From an uncultured Clostridia bacterium (GTDB lineage: Bacteria; Bacillota; Clostridia; Christensenellales; CAG-917): a stretch of 64,000 nucleotides of DNA. The position numbers and the translations under genes are program-made. Position 1 is the stretch's first letter; each line of letters opens with the position of its first letter. Positions 26,395 through 34,883 of this stretch are shown here, one piece after another. The stretch lies in contig CALVTH010000002.1 in assembly GCA_944360115.1 (NCBI GenBank), positions 6,853 to 70,852 of the forward strand, read 5' to 3'. The notes under the pieces are model-generated. The model did not search any database and was not told where the DNA came from. It worked only from the letters and a program-made list of their open reading frames with translations.

Positions 26395-27626
26395 AATTCC
26401 AACCTCACGGTGACGGGGGCGTCCAACCCCGTCGTGTCCACGACTATTTTTTCCATTTCGCCGGGCGCAAGCACCAGCCGTCTGCCCGAATAAAGCGTTC
26501 TGCCGCCGCTTTCCGCCACAATGCGGCAGGAGCGGTAGACATTGTCCACGCGGAAGAAAAGTTCGACTTTGCCCGAATCCGCGTGCAGTTTCTGTGGCAA
26601 CACATACCGCACTCCGCGCTCGCCGCGCGCGTCGTAACAATGCAACGCCGTCTCGCTCTCGCCCAGCGCGTACAGGGCGGCGTGTCTGCCCGCAGTCTCG
26701 GCTTCGCGGGACACATTGTCCACGAGGTCGTGCACATGCAGCACATTGCCGCACGAGAAAATGCCCTCCACGCTCGTCATTCTGCGTTCGTCCACCACCG
26801 CGCCCGAAGTGACGCCGTCGCGCTCCACTTCGGTGCCCGCCAGCAAATCGTTCTCGGGAATGAGTCCCACCGACAGCAACAGACAGTCGCACGGTTCGTA
26901 TTTCTCCTCCGACATAACGGGACGGCGCCGCTCGTCGACGGGAGCGTAATACAGCCCCGTCATACGCGGACTGCCCTCTATGCGGGTGACGGTGTGAGCG
27001 TAGTTTATGGGGATTCCGAAATCGTCGAGGCATTGCACGATGTTGCGCTTGAGTCCGCTGGAATACGGCATAAGCTCGATCACGCGCGCCACTTTCGCTC
27101 CCTCGAGAGTCATACGGCGCGCCATAATCAGCCCTATGTCGCCGCTGCCTAGGATGACCACGCGTTTGCCCACGAGATAGCCCTCTATGTTGCAGAGCCG
27201 TTGCGCCGCGCCCGCGGTGTAGACGCCCGCGGGTCGGGTGCCCGCAAGCGCAATGGCACCCGCGGTGCGTTCCCTGCAACCCATTGCAAGCACGACCGCC
27301 CCCGCGTTTATGCGCACCAATCCCTTTTCGGGAGAGAGATAGGTCACCTTGCGGTCGTCGGTGAGCGACAGCACCATGGACTCGAGCGCCACCTGCGCGC
27401 GCGATTTTTCCACGCGCTCCACAAACCTGCCCGCATACTCGGGACCGGTGAGTTCCTCTCCGAAATAATGCAAGCCGAAGCCCGCGTGAATACACTGATT
27501 GAGAATTCCACCCAGACGGTTGTCGCGCTCGACAATGAGAGTGCGCGCGCCCTCGGCGTCGGCGGCGAGAGCGGCTGCCATACCGGCGGGTCCGCCTCCG
27601 ATTACCACGACATCGAAATCAGTCAT
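26391..27626 (-). CDS. NAD(P)/FAD-dependent (pyridine nucleotide-disulfide type) oxidoreductase
   Basis: 411 aa with two dinucleotide folds: DVVVIGGGPAGMAAA and VVILGSGDIGLIMA. Confidence 0.85.
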   Translation of the reverse strand: MTDFDVVVIGGGPAGMAAALAADAEGARTLIVERDNRLGGILNQCIHAGFGLHYFGEELTGPEYAGRFVERVEKSRAQVALESMVLSLTDDRKVTYLSPEKGLVRINAGAVVLAMGCRERTAGAIALAGTRPAGVYTAGAAQRLCNIEGYLVGKRVVILGSGDIGLIMARRMTLEGAKVARVIELMPYSSGLKRNIVQCLDDFGIPINYAHTVTRIEGSPRMTGLYYAPVDERRRPVMSEEKYEPCDCLLLSVGLIPENDLLAGTEVERDGVTSGAVVDERRMTSVEGIFSCGNVLHVHDLVDNVSREAETAGRHAALYALGESETALHCYDARGERGVRYVLPQKLHADSGKVELFFRVDNVYRSCRIVAESGGRTLYSGRRLVLAPGEMEKIVVDTTGLDAPVTVRLEL

Positions 27627-29055
27627 AGTCCGCCTCCCCCACCTTGATTACGGCGATTTCCGAGCCTGCGCCGCCCTTGCGCACGGCGGACAACGGCACG
27701 CCCGTCTCGCGCGCTATGATTTCCATAACCCGCGGCGCACAGAATCCGCCCTGACATCTGCCCATACCCGCGCGGACGCGCCGCTTGACGGCGTCGACGG
27801 TGACGGCGGGCACGGGGGAATGTACGGCGGCGACAATCTCCGCTTCGGTGACCTTCTCGCAACGGCACACAATCCTGCCCCACGCGGGATTGTGCGCGAC
27901 AAACGCGTTTATCTCGTCGTCGGACAACTCGGTGAGACGCGGCGCGTGCGGCAACACCGTGACGGCGTCGCTTCTTTCGGCAAGCGGCATCTTTTCGCCT
28001 ATCAGTCCGACCAGATATTCAGCTATTGCGGGAGCGGCGGTCAGCCCGGGCGAACATATCCCCGCCACCGTGAAAAAGTTCTTTCTCAGCCGCGATTCCT
28101 CCACCGTGAAATCGTGTCCCACAATGGCGCGCACACCCGCATACACCCTTATGCACTTGTTGAAAGCGGGGCGCGCGTAAGTGAGCGGCACGGCGCGGCG
28201 TATCTCGTCGAGAGCGTCGGAAGCGACGGCGGTATCTGCTCCCGCGACGGGCACGGAAGTGGGCCCGTAAATGACATTGCCGTCAGCGGTCGGCGCGACG
28301 AGAATACCCTTGCCCGCGGCGGTCGGCAACGGAAAAACAACGGTGGACACATTGCACCCTTCGGTGGTGTCGAGCACGAAATAATCTCCCCGTCTGAACT
28401 CCGTCTCAAAGGTCTCCGCGCCCGCGGCGGCGTTGATTCCCGCCGCACCGGCGCCAGCGCAATTCACCACAACACGGCACTTGAAATCACCTTTTTGTGT
28501 GGATAAAACATATTTTCCGTCAACACAAGCGATTGCCGTCACTTCGGCTTCGGTGACGACCTCCGCACCGTTGAGCACGGCGCGCTCGGCAAGTTTGATT
28601 GTCAGTTTGTAGGGAGACACTATGCCCGCGTCGGGGGCGTAAAGACAGGAACTCACCTTGTCGGCAAGGTTCGGCTCGATGTCGAGAGCGCGCTCGCGGG
28701 AAATTATCTCGGCGCGCACGCCGTTTTTTTTCGCGCGGTCGAGAAGCTGTCGCAGGCCCTCTTCCCCGCCTTCGGGAGCCGCCACGAGACTGCCGCATTT
28801 CCTGTGCGGCACATTGAGCTCGCGCACCAGCCGCCACATCATTTCGTTGCCGCGACGGTTGAACCGCGCTTTGAGCGTGCCCGGCTCGCAGTCGTAGCCC
28901 GCGTGCACTATGCCGCTGTTTGCGCGCGACGCGCCCACCGCCACATCGTCGCCCTTTTCGAGCAGCACGACGGATGCTCCGCGGCGCGCCAGCGCGTCCG
29001 CGGTGGCGCACCCGACAACGCCGCCGCCTATAACTATGACATCGGTTTCCTTCAA
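27619..29055 (-). CDS. FAD-dependent glycerol-3-phosphate dehydrogenase-like oxidoreductase with a BFD-like [2Fe-2S] domain
   Basis: 478 aa with DVIVIGGGVVGCATA. The C-terminus has IVCRCEKVTEAEI...GMGRCQGGFC. Confidence 0.85.
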   Translation of the reverse strand: MKETDVIVIGGGVVGCATADALARRGASVVLLEKGDDVAVGASRANSGIVHAGYDCEPGTLKARFNRRGNEMMWRLVRELNVPHRKCGSLVAAPEGGEEGLRQLLDRAKKNGVRAEIISRERALDIEPNLADKVSSCLYAPDAGIVSPYKLTIKLAERAVLNGAEVVTEAEVTAIACVDGKYVLSTQKGDFKCRVVVNCAGAGAAGINAAAGAETFETEFRRGDYFVLDTTEGCNVSTVVFPLPTAAGKGILVAPTADGNVIYGPTSVPVAGADTAVASDALDEIRRAVPLTYARPAFNKCIRVYAGVRAIVGHDFTVEESRLRKNFFTVAGICSPGLTAAPAIAEYLVGLIGEKMPLAERSDAVTVLPHAPRLTELSDDEINAFVAHNPAWGRIVCRCEKVTEAEIVAAVHSPVPAVTVDAVKRRVRAGMGRCQGGFCAPRVMEIIARETGVPLSAVRKGGAGSEIAVIKVGEADYD

Positions 29056-29088
29056 AATCTTCTCCGACGAAATCCGTTCCCGAGAGGG

Positions 29089-29631
29089 TTATTTGTTCTC
29101 GGGTTTGACGAATTTCTTTTTGTACATCTTGATGTTGTCCTTGACGATAAGCTCGGCAAAGGCGCGGTCCTTGACCTGGAACACCGTGGTGTCCTTGCCT
29201 TCGAGCTGCTTGTAAACGCGGAAAAAGTGGGAGATTTCGTCCATAATGTGCGGCGGAAGCTCCTCTATTTCCTTATAGATATTCCAGTTAGGGTCCTTGA
29301 AAGGAATGGCGATGATTTTGTAGTCCATATCGCCGCCGTCCTGCATCATCACCACGCCTATCGGATAGCACCTGACGGTTGCGAGCGGCACTATGGTCTC
29401 GGAGCAAAGCACGAGCACATCGAGGGGGTCGTTGTCCTCGGAATAGGTGCGCGGGATAAAACCGTAGTTGGCGGGATAATGGGTGGAGGTGGACAGCACG
29501 CGGTCGAGAATGAGAAAACCCGTGTCCTTGTCCAGCTCGTACTTATTCTTGCACCCCTTGGGAATTTCTATAACCGCAATAAAATCCGTCGGCGTGATAC
29601 GGGAAGGGTCTATGTCGTGCCAGATGCTCAT
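29089..29631 (-). CDS. ppa: inorganic pyrophosphatase (family I)
   Basis: 180 aa with IEIPKGCKNKYELDKDTG, YPANYGFIP and DPLDVLVL. Confidence 0.95.
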   Translation of the reverse strand: MSIWHDIDPSRITPTDFIAVIEIPKGCKNKYELDKDTGFLILDRVLSTSTHYPANYGFIPRTYSEDNDPLDVLVLCSETIVPLATVRCYPIGVVMMQDGGDMDYKIIAIPFKDPNWNIYKEIEELPPHIMDEISHFFRVYKQLEGKDTTVFQVKDRAFAELIVKDNIKMYKKKFVKPENK

Positions 29632-29672
29632 ATTTCTCTCCTTTTGCGGGCAACCTTTCCCGCAGGTGGACT

Positions 29673-29716
29673 GTTGACTTGCCTGTACCCTTTACGGTTG
29701 ACTTGCCTGCACCCTT
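29673..29716. repeat. two 20-bp direct repeats (24-bp period) upstream of ppa
   Basis: GTTGACTTGCCTGTACCCTT (29673-29692) and GTTGACTTGCCTGCACCCTT (29697-29716): 19/20 identical, separated by TACG. Confidence 0.8.
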
Positions 29717-29726
29717 GAAGGTCGGC

Positions 29727-31049
29727 TCACTTGTATCCCTTGACGAAGGTCTTGAAGAACTTCACCGCTCCCTCGAGGGCGTCGACATCGATATTTTCGT
29801 TGGCGGCGTGCATGGAAGCCAGCTGTTCCGCCGACAGTTTGCAGGGGGTGCAGCGTATTGCGCACGGAGTTATGGTCTGCATGGTGCGGCAGTCCGTGCC
29901 GCCGAAGATGAGATAAGGCGCCGCGCCCGTGTCGGGGTACACCTTTTTGACGGTGTCGGTGAAATACCTGAAATCGTCACTTTCGATGTCCACGACGGGG
30001 GTGTGGTTGCGGCACTCCATAACCTGCGTCTCGATGTCGTAACGCGCGGCGAGTTTGCGCAGTTTTTCAACACAGGCGTCGCTGTCGTCGCCGGGTGCGA
30101 AACGGAGATTGGCAACGACATACGCTTCCTGCGGAATGACATTGGGCGCGCCCGACCCCTGAGCCATGGTAAAAGTCATCGTGGTGCCGAGAAGCGCGGC
30201 GCCGAAAGGCGTCATCTTCGGGAGCAACGCCACGATGAGCGGAGCGAAGAATCCCGCGTGTCTGGTGACGAACTTGAGCGGACCGGACAGCCCGTCGGAC
30301 ATTCCGGTGAACATCGCCTTCGCGGGGGCGGACATACGACGCTTGAAAACGGTGTGCGTCTCGCAGTAATTCATGAACGCGGCAAGCCGCGCAAACGGCG
30401 TATTCCTGGGAGGCGAGGACGAATGACCGCCCTTGCTCCTGGCGACGAACCTGATGTCGCAATATCCTTTTTCTATGAATCCCACCATGGCAAGCGGCTT
30501 CACCATGCCGGGGAAAGCGCTGTCGACGATTGCGCCGCCCTCGTCGATTGCGACGGCGGGCTTGACGCCGTGCGCGGACAGCCAGTCGCGGCAGTATTCC
30601 GCGCCGTGTCCCGAAGTCTCTTCGTTGTCGGAATATGTGAGGTAGATGTCATGCTCGGGCACAAAACCCTCGGAGACGAGCTCCTCGACGCTCTGCATGG
30701 TGGCGAAGAGGGTGTTCTTGCAGTCCATAGCCCCTCTGCCCCACACCTTGCCCTCGGCGACGGTGCCCGAAAACGCGGGGTATTTCCACTCCCCTTCGGC
30801 GGGCACAACATCCTGATGAGCCATAAGCACCAACGGACGAGAGGACGACTTGCCCTTCCATCTGAACATCAGCGCGTCGCTGTCCTCGCCGCCGGGGCGG
30901 ATGACTTCGCACTCGCGGTACACCGCGGGAAACTCCTCCGCCAGCGTCTTTCTGAAAGCGACGAAATTCTGCCTGTCGCTGTTTGTGACTGTGGGAATCC
31001 TTATCAGCTTTGCGAGCTTTTCGGCATAAAGCGCGGAAATATCGGACAT
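29727..31049 (-). CDS. M20-family metallopeptidase (carboxypeptidase/dipeptidase-like)
   Basis: 440 aa with LMAHQDVVP, GRGAMDCK and SDNEETSG. SD GGGAGGG. Confidence 0.85.
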   Translation of the reverse strand: MSDISALYAEKLAKLIRIPTVTNSDRQNFVAFRKTLAEEFPAVYRECEVIRPGGEDSDALMFRWKGKSSSRPLVLMAHQDVVPAEGEWKYPAFSGTVAEGKVWGRGAMDCKNTLFATMQSVEELVSEGFVPEHDIYLTYSDNEETSGHGAEYCRDWLSAHGVKPAVAIDEGGAIVDSAFPGMVKPLAMVGFIEKGYCDIRFVARSKGGHSSSPPRNTPFARLAAFMNYCETHTVFKRRMSAPAKAMFTGMSDGLSGPLKFVTRHAGFFAPLIVALLPKMTPFGAALLGTTMTFTMAQGSGAPNVIPQEAYVVANLRFAPGDDSDACVEKLRKLAARYDIETQVMECRNHTPVVDIESDDFRYFTDTVKKVYPDTGAAPYLIFGGTDCRTMQTITPCAIRCTPCKLSAEQLASMHAANENIDVDALEGAVKFFKTFVKGYK

Positions 31050-31094
31050 AAACCCTCCCGTGACGCGCGCGAGCGCGTGCGGTTTTATTAAATT

Positions 31095-31123
31095 ATTTTA
31101 CCCTATGCACACGCCACTGTCAA
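31095..31123 (-). promoter_or_regulatory. promoter of the M20 peptidase gene: TTGACA-17-TAAAAT
   Basis: Minus strand: TTGACA (31118-31123), a 17-nt spacer, TAAAAT (31095-31100). Confidence 0.75.
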
Positions 31124-31197
31124 GGCGGCGCGGCGCGGAAATGCCGCGCACACGCGGCATTTTGCGCCCTTTTTCCTCCGCGCCGTCCGACAAAAGC

Positions 31198-31222
31198 AAA
31201 ACCCCGCTCGTCGCGGGGTTTT
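31198..31222 (-). terminator. intrinsic terminator after mrp
   Basis: Minus strand: AAAACCCCGC-GACGA-GCGGGGTTTT followed by GCTTTTG. A second perfect 10-bp hairpin (AAATGCCGCG/CGCGGCATTT) lies at 31138-31163. Confidence 0.75.
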
Positions 31223-31298
31223 GCGGTGCAACGGTATTGCTTGTGCGCATGGAATACACCGTTTCGGCACGGACCGTCGTCCTCGTGCCGCACGGCGG

Positions 31299-32147
31299 TC
31301 ACGCCTTTTCGCCGTCCGACTTGCCCGCTTCGTCGGGGATCAGTCCGTGCAGTTCGGCAAGCAGTTTCTCGTCGATGTGCTCTATCATTCCCTCGTCGCA
31401 CACGGCGGCGATGTCGGGGCGTATGGGCAGGCGCGCAAAACGCGGAATACCGAATTCCTTCGCCACTTCCTCGATGCGGCTCTTGCCGAAAATCTCCGTG
31501 CGCTTGCCGCAGTCGGGGCACTCGTAATAGGAGAAATTCTCCACAAGCCCGAGGATGGGAATGTTCATCATCTTCGCCATGCCGACCGCCTTTGCGACTA
31601 TCATCGTGACGAGTTCCTGCGGCGAAGTCACCACGATGATTCCGTCGAGCGGCAGCGACTGGAACACCGTGAGAGGCACATCACCCGTGCCCGGAGGCAT
31701 ATCGACGAACATACAGTCGATGTCGCCCCACGCCACATCTTTCCAGAACTGCTTGACGGTCTCGGCGAGAATGGGGCCGCGCCAGATGACGGGCTTGGTC
31801 TCGTCGTCGATGAGCAGGTTGAGCGACATAATCTCAACTCCCTCGCGGGTGACCACGGGCATTATGAATCTGCCGCCGTCGATACCCACCGCCCTCTCGT
31901 GCACGCCGAACGCCCTCGGAATGGACGGACCCGTGATGTCGGCGTCGAGCACGGCGACGCGCTTGCCTTCCCTGAGAGCGTCAACCGCCAGCAAGGAAGT
32001 GACGAGAGATTTGCCCACGCCGCCCTTGCCGCTGACCACGCCGATAACGCGCCTGACATCGCTCAGTTCGTTCTGAGCGACCATGAAATCCGCCTTGGAA
32101 CACTTGGACGAACAACTGCCGCAATCGTGCGAACAACCTTCGCTCAT
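31299..32147 (-). CDS. mrp: Mrp/NBP35-family Fe-S cluster carrier ATPase
   Basis: Track ORF trimmed to ATG 32145-32147 (MSEGCSHDCGSCSSKC) after the SD GGAGG. Deviant Walker A VVSGKGGVGKS, plus CPDCG. Confidence 0.9.
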   Translation of the reverse strand: MSEGCSHDCGSCSSKCSKADFMVAQNELSDVRRVIGVVSGKGGVGKSLVTSLLAVDALREGKRVAVLDADITGPSIPRAFGVHERAVGIDGGRFIMPVVTREGVEIMSLNLLIDDETKPVIWRGPILAETVKQFWKDVAWGDIDCMFVDMPPGTGDVPLTVFQSLPLDGIIVVTSPQELVTMIVAKAVGMAKMMNIPILGLVENFSYYECPDCGKRTEIFGKSRIEEVAKEFGIPRFARLPIRPDIAAVCDEGMIEHIDEKLLAELHGLIPDEAGKSDGEKA

Positions 32148-32280
32148 AGATACCTCCGTAAGCGCAAAACTGCGCCACGGGATATTATCCTCGCCCGCGC
32201 GCGCAAAGTCAAGTTTTCGCAAGGCAAAAACGCAATTTGCCCTCTCGGAGCTCCGTCGTCCGGTGCATGCGCGCCCGATG

Positions 32281-32352
32281 GTGCAAAGCACGGTGCAAGG
32301 CGCGGTGCAAGGCGCGGTGCAAGGCACGGCGTGAGGTACGGCGCAGGGCGCG
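32281..32352. repeat. 12-bp tandem repeat array (about 6 units, degenerate at the ends)
   Basis: GTGCAAAGCACG GTGCAAGGCGCG GTGCAAGGCGCG GTGCAAGGCACG GCGTGAGGTACG GCGCAGGGCGCG. It is intergenic, between the lipoprotein terminator and the mrp start. Confidence 0.8.
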
Positions 32353-32364
32353 GCGTCCCGAATG

Positions 32365-32395
32365 AAAAACCGCCGTGCGGTGTGCGCACGGCGGT
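32365..32395 (-). terminator. intrinsic terminator after the large lipoprotein gene
   Basis: Minus strand: ACCGCCGTGC-(7-nt loop)-GCACGGCGGT followed by TTTTTCATTC. Confidence 0.75.
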
Positions 32396-32433
32396 CGGTT
32401 TTCCGTCAAAAGACGGGATTGAACATTATTCGC

Positions 32434-34503
32434 TTATGCGGCTTTGGAATAAATCGGATCGCCGCAGTACTCGAAACTCACGAGAGTGAACACCACTTCG
32501 TCGGCGGGATCGATGACGGCGTCGGTGCCTTCACCCGCGGAATCATAGGTGCCGAATATCGCGGCAAGTATGCCCTCGAGGTTGCCTTCCAGCCACGAGG
32601 TGTCGAGATTGAGACTCGTCATATCGCCGAGCGCCTCGATGACGGGCATGACGACATTGTTGATGAGGCTTGCATACTGGATGGTGAAGCTCATATCCTC
32701 GGCGCTTGCGCTGAAGGAAGCGAACAGCGGCTCGAGGTAAGGCATAAAGGTCTCGACATATCCGAAGATAGCGCCGATGTCAGGTTCTGCCGAAGAGGTC
32801 GCGGGGATGGGGGTGCCAGACGGAATGGTGGCGTCCTTGATCATCTTGTCCGCGAAGAATTCGAGGCTCATCGGGAAGGTGAGTCCGCCGAAGGTGGCGG
32901 GCTTGTTCTCAGCCTCGTTCCAGATGAAGAGATCGACCGCCTCGGCTTCGTTGGAAGGATCGAAGTTGGCGTAGATGATGACATCGCCCGCAACAACGCC
33001 CTCTGCCGCAGCCTTGGCCGCGTCGAAGGTGCTCTCGCCGTAATTGGATTTGGTGACAATAATCTTGGCGGTGCCGAGGTTCCTCAGGCACGCGACGAGT
33101 TTCTCCTGCCAGAACTTCTGTCCGTCAATGGTATCCTCGTCCTTGTCGTCAATGACGCCGTCTACATGAGTGTCCTGCTTGGCGGAATACTTCATCATGT
33201 CGACGAACGCAAAGGGATTGACATCGAAGTCGACGGTCATCTTGTAGTTGTCGTCTGCGCCGACGGCGGTGATGACGGCATAGAAATCGAGGATGTTCTT
33301 GACTTCGTCTGCCGCATTGCCGACCTTGCCCTCGAGAGGAGTGCCCCCAAAGACATTGACGGTCACATCGTTGGCGAGGACGAGCTTGTCGATGTTGACG
33401 GTGACTTTGCCGTCGAAGTCGGCGCTCTCGTCACCCTCGGCTGCGGTCTCGGCCTGCTTGTTCAGGTAAGTCACGAGTTTGGAGGCGTCGATGTCGATGG
33501 ACGCGCTGTTGAAGGTGTTGTTCTTGTTGAAGTTGAAGGTGAAGGTGCCCTCCACATTGTTCTCTTTGTTGTTGCCGAGCATCTTGGCGACAGCCGCGAG
33601 CAGTTGCTTGAGACCTTCCGCGCCCGGTTTCGTGACCTGAGCAGCCATATCTTCGGGAAGCAGACTCTTGATACCGTCGACGACGGGCTCGATATAGTCG
33701 TTGACGGCGTCGCCGAAGAGTCCGAGCAGGTCGGTTATGCCGCCGCTGGCAAGACCCGTAATGGTATTCTTGAGGTCAAAGTTGAACACATACTGAACGC
33801 CGCCGTCACCGAAGGCGTTGACCTTGCAGGTGGAGCCGAACAGCGTGCTGCCGAGCAGTTTGGGGATGGCCTTGATGATGGACAGGACATCCATTCCGCC
33901 CTCTTCCGCGGAAGCGGTGGCGAAAGTACCCTCGGCATACTCGATGTTGGCGTTGTCGTACATCATGTTGGCGATGGACATGCCGTACACTTTCTTCACG
34001 ACGGGGTTGGCGCCGTTGTCGTCGGTGGAGACGAGGTAGAGATAGGGCTTGAGGTTGTCAACGCCCTTGCCTTCCACATCGTAACCGATGCCCATGACGG
34101 TCTTGGCGCCCTTCTTGATGCCGATATAGAGTTCGCTGTTGTCCTGAACTTCTGCCGCTGCCGCCTTGGAAGTCACCTCGGGTCTGATGTCGAGGTTGCC
34201 CTTCGCCACGAGCGTATAGGTCTCGTCGCCGAGGACAAGGTCGAGTTCCACATCGATACCGAGCGTCTTGCCGTCGGTGCCGTCAAACTTGACATTCTTG
34301 TAGGTGTTGTCGTAGATATAGGTGATGACATTGCTGAGCGCAGTGGAAGTCACCATGGATCCGCTGTCGGTATTGCCACCGCCACCGCCACTGCCCTCGT
34401 CTTCGGAGCCGGGATCTTTCGGCTTACAAGCGGTAAGCAGAATACCCGCGGTGAGGCAAATGACAAGAACGGCAACAATCATAATGAACAGTTTGCGTTT
34501 CAT
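32434..34503 (-). CDS. large secreted lipoprotein, no domain recognised
   Basis: Track ORF trimmed to ATG 34501-34503 (MKRKLFIMIVAVLVICLTAGILLTAC|KPKD), i.e. a signal peptide plus lipobox Cys. 689 aa, Asp/Gly/Val/Asn-rich. SD AAGGAG. Confidence 0.75.
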   Translation of the reverse strand: MKRKLFIMIVAVLVICLTAGILLTACKPKDPGSEDEGSGGGGGNTDSGSMVTSTALSNVITYIYDNTYKNVKFDGTDGKTLGIDVELDLVLGDETYTLVAKGNLDIRPEVTSKAAAAEVQDNSELYIGIKKGAKTVMGIGYDVEGKGVDNLKPYLYLVSTDDNGANPVVKKVYGMSIANMMYDNANIEYAEGTFATASAEEGGMDVLSIIKAIPKLLGSTLFGSTCKVNAFGDGGVQYVFNFDLKNTITGLASGGITDLLGLFGDAVNDYIEPVVDGIKSLLPEDMAAQVTKPGAEGLKQLLAAVAKMLGNNKENNVEGTFTFNFNKNNTFNSASIDIDASKLVTYLNKQAETAAEGDESADFDGKVTVNIDKLVLANDVTVNVFGGTPLEGKVGNAADEVKNILDFYAVITAVGADDNYKMTVDFDVNPFAFVDMMKYSAKQDTHVDGVIDDKDEDTIDGQKFWQEKLVACLRNLGTAKIIVTKSNYGESTFDAAKAAAEGVVAGDVIIYANFDPSNEAEAVDLFIWNEAENKPATFGGLTFPMSLEFFADKMIKDATIPSGTPIPATSSAEPDIGAIFGYVETFMPYLEPLFASFSASAEDMSFTIQYASLINNVVMPVIEALGDMTSLNLDTSWLEGNLEGILAAIFGTYDSAGEGTDAVIDPADEVVFTLVSFEYCGDPIYSKAA

Positions 34504-34832
34504 AATTTGCTCCTTGATTTTTTTTCGAAAAGCGCATACGCGCACTCGTACATTTATTATAATACTTACGCGCGAAAAGTGGAATAGGCAAAGCGAAAAA
34601 AAAGCGTTTTCATAAAAATTTTGCTCCGAAACGGGGCAATTTTCGTCTTTCGTGGAATAAAAAAGTAAAATTTTGAACGAATTTCGTCGGCTTTCGAGCC
34701 GGACACGCACTCGCGCACCCGTCCCGCGCAGCGGCGTCCGCACCGTTTTTCGCCCTTAACAACCTCCCTCCGCGCCCCTGCGTCGCGCGACTTTGTCGAC
34801 GGGCGCACGCGAGGGTGCGCCGCCCTCCCGTA

Positions 34833-34861
34833 TTGACACCGATTTTGCGCTTTGCTAAAAT
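34833..34861 (+). promoter_or_regulatory. promoter of the MFS transporter gene: TTGACA-17-TAAAAT
   Basis: Plus strand: TTGACA (34833-34838), a 17-nt spacer, TAAAAT (34856-34861), 22 nt before ATG 34884. Confidence 0.75.
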
Positions 34862-34883
34862 TTAGGGGATAAGGAGGCGCATT

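Noticed and set aside
32281-32352. Repeat array considered as a CRISPR.
   Set aside because: The 12-bp units are directly abutting with no spacers, the units are far shorter than CRISPR repeats, and there are no cas genes in the window.
34504-34883. Riboswitch or leader in the divergent lipoprotein/MFS spacer.
   Set aside because: The MFS promoter sits 22 nt from its ATG, leaving no leader. The remaining sequence shows no conserved riboswitch core that I recognise.
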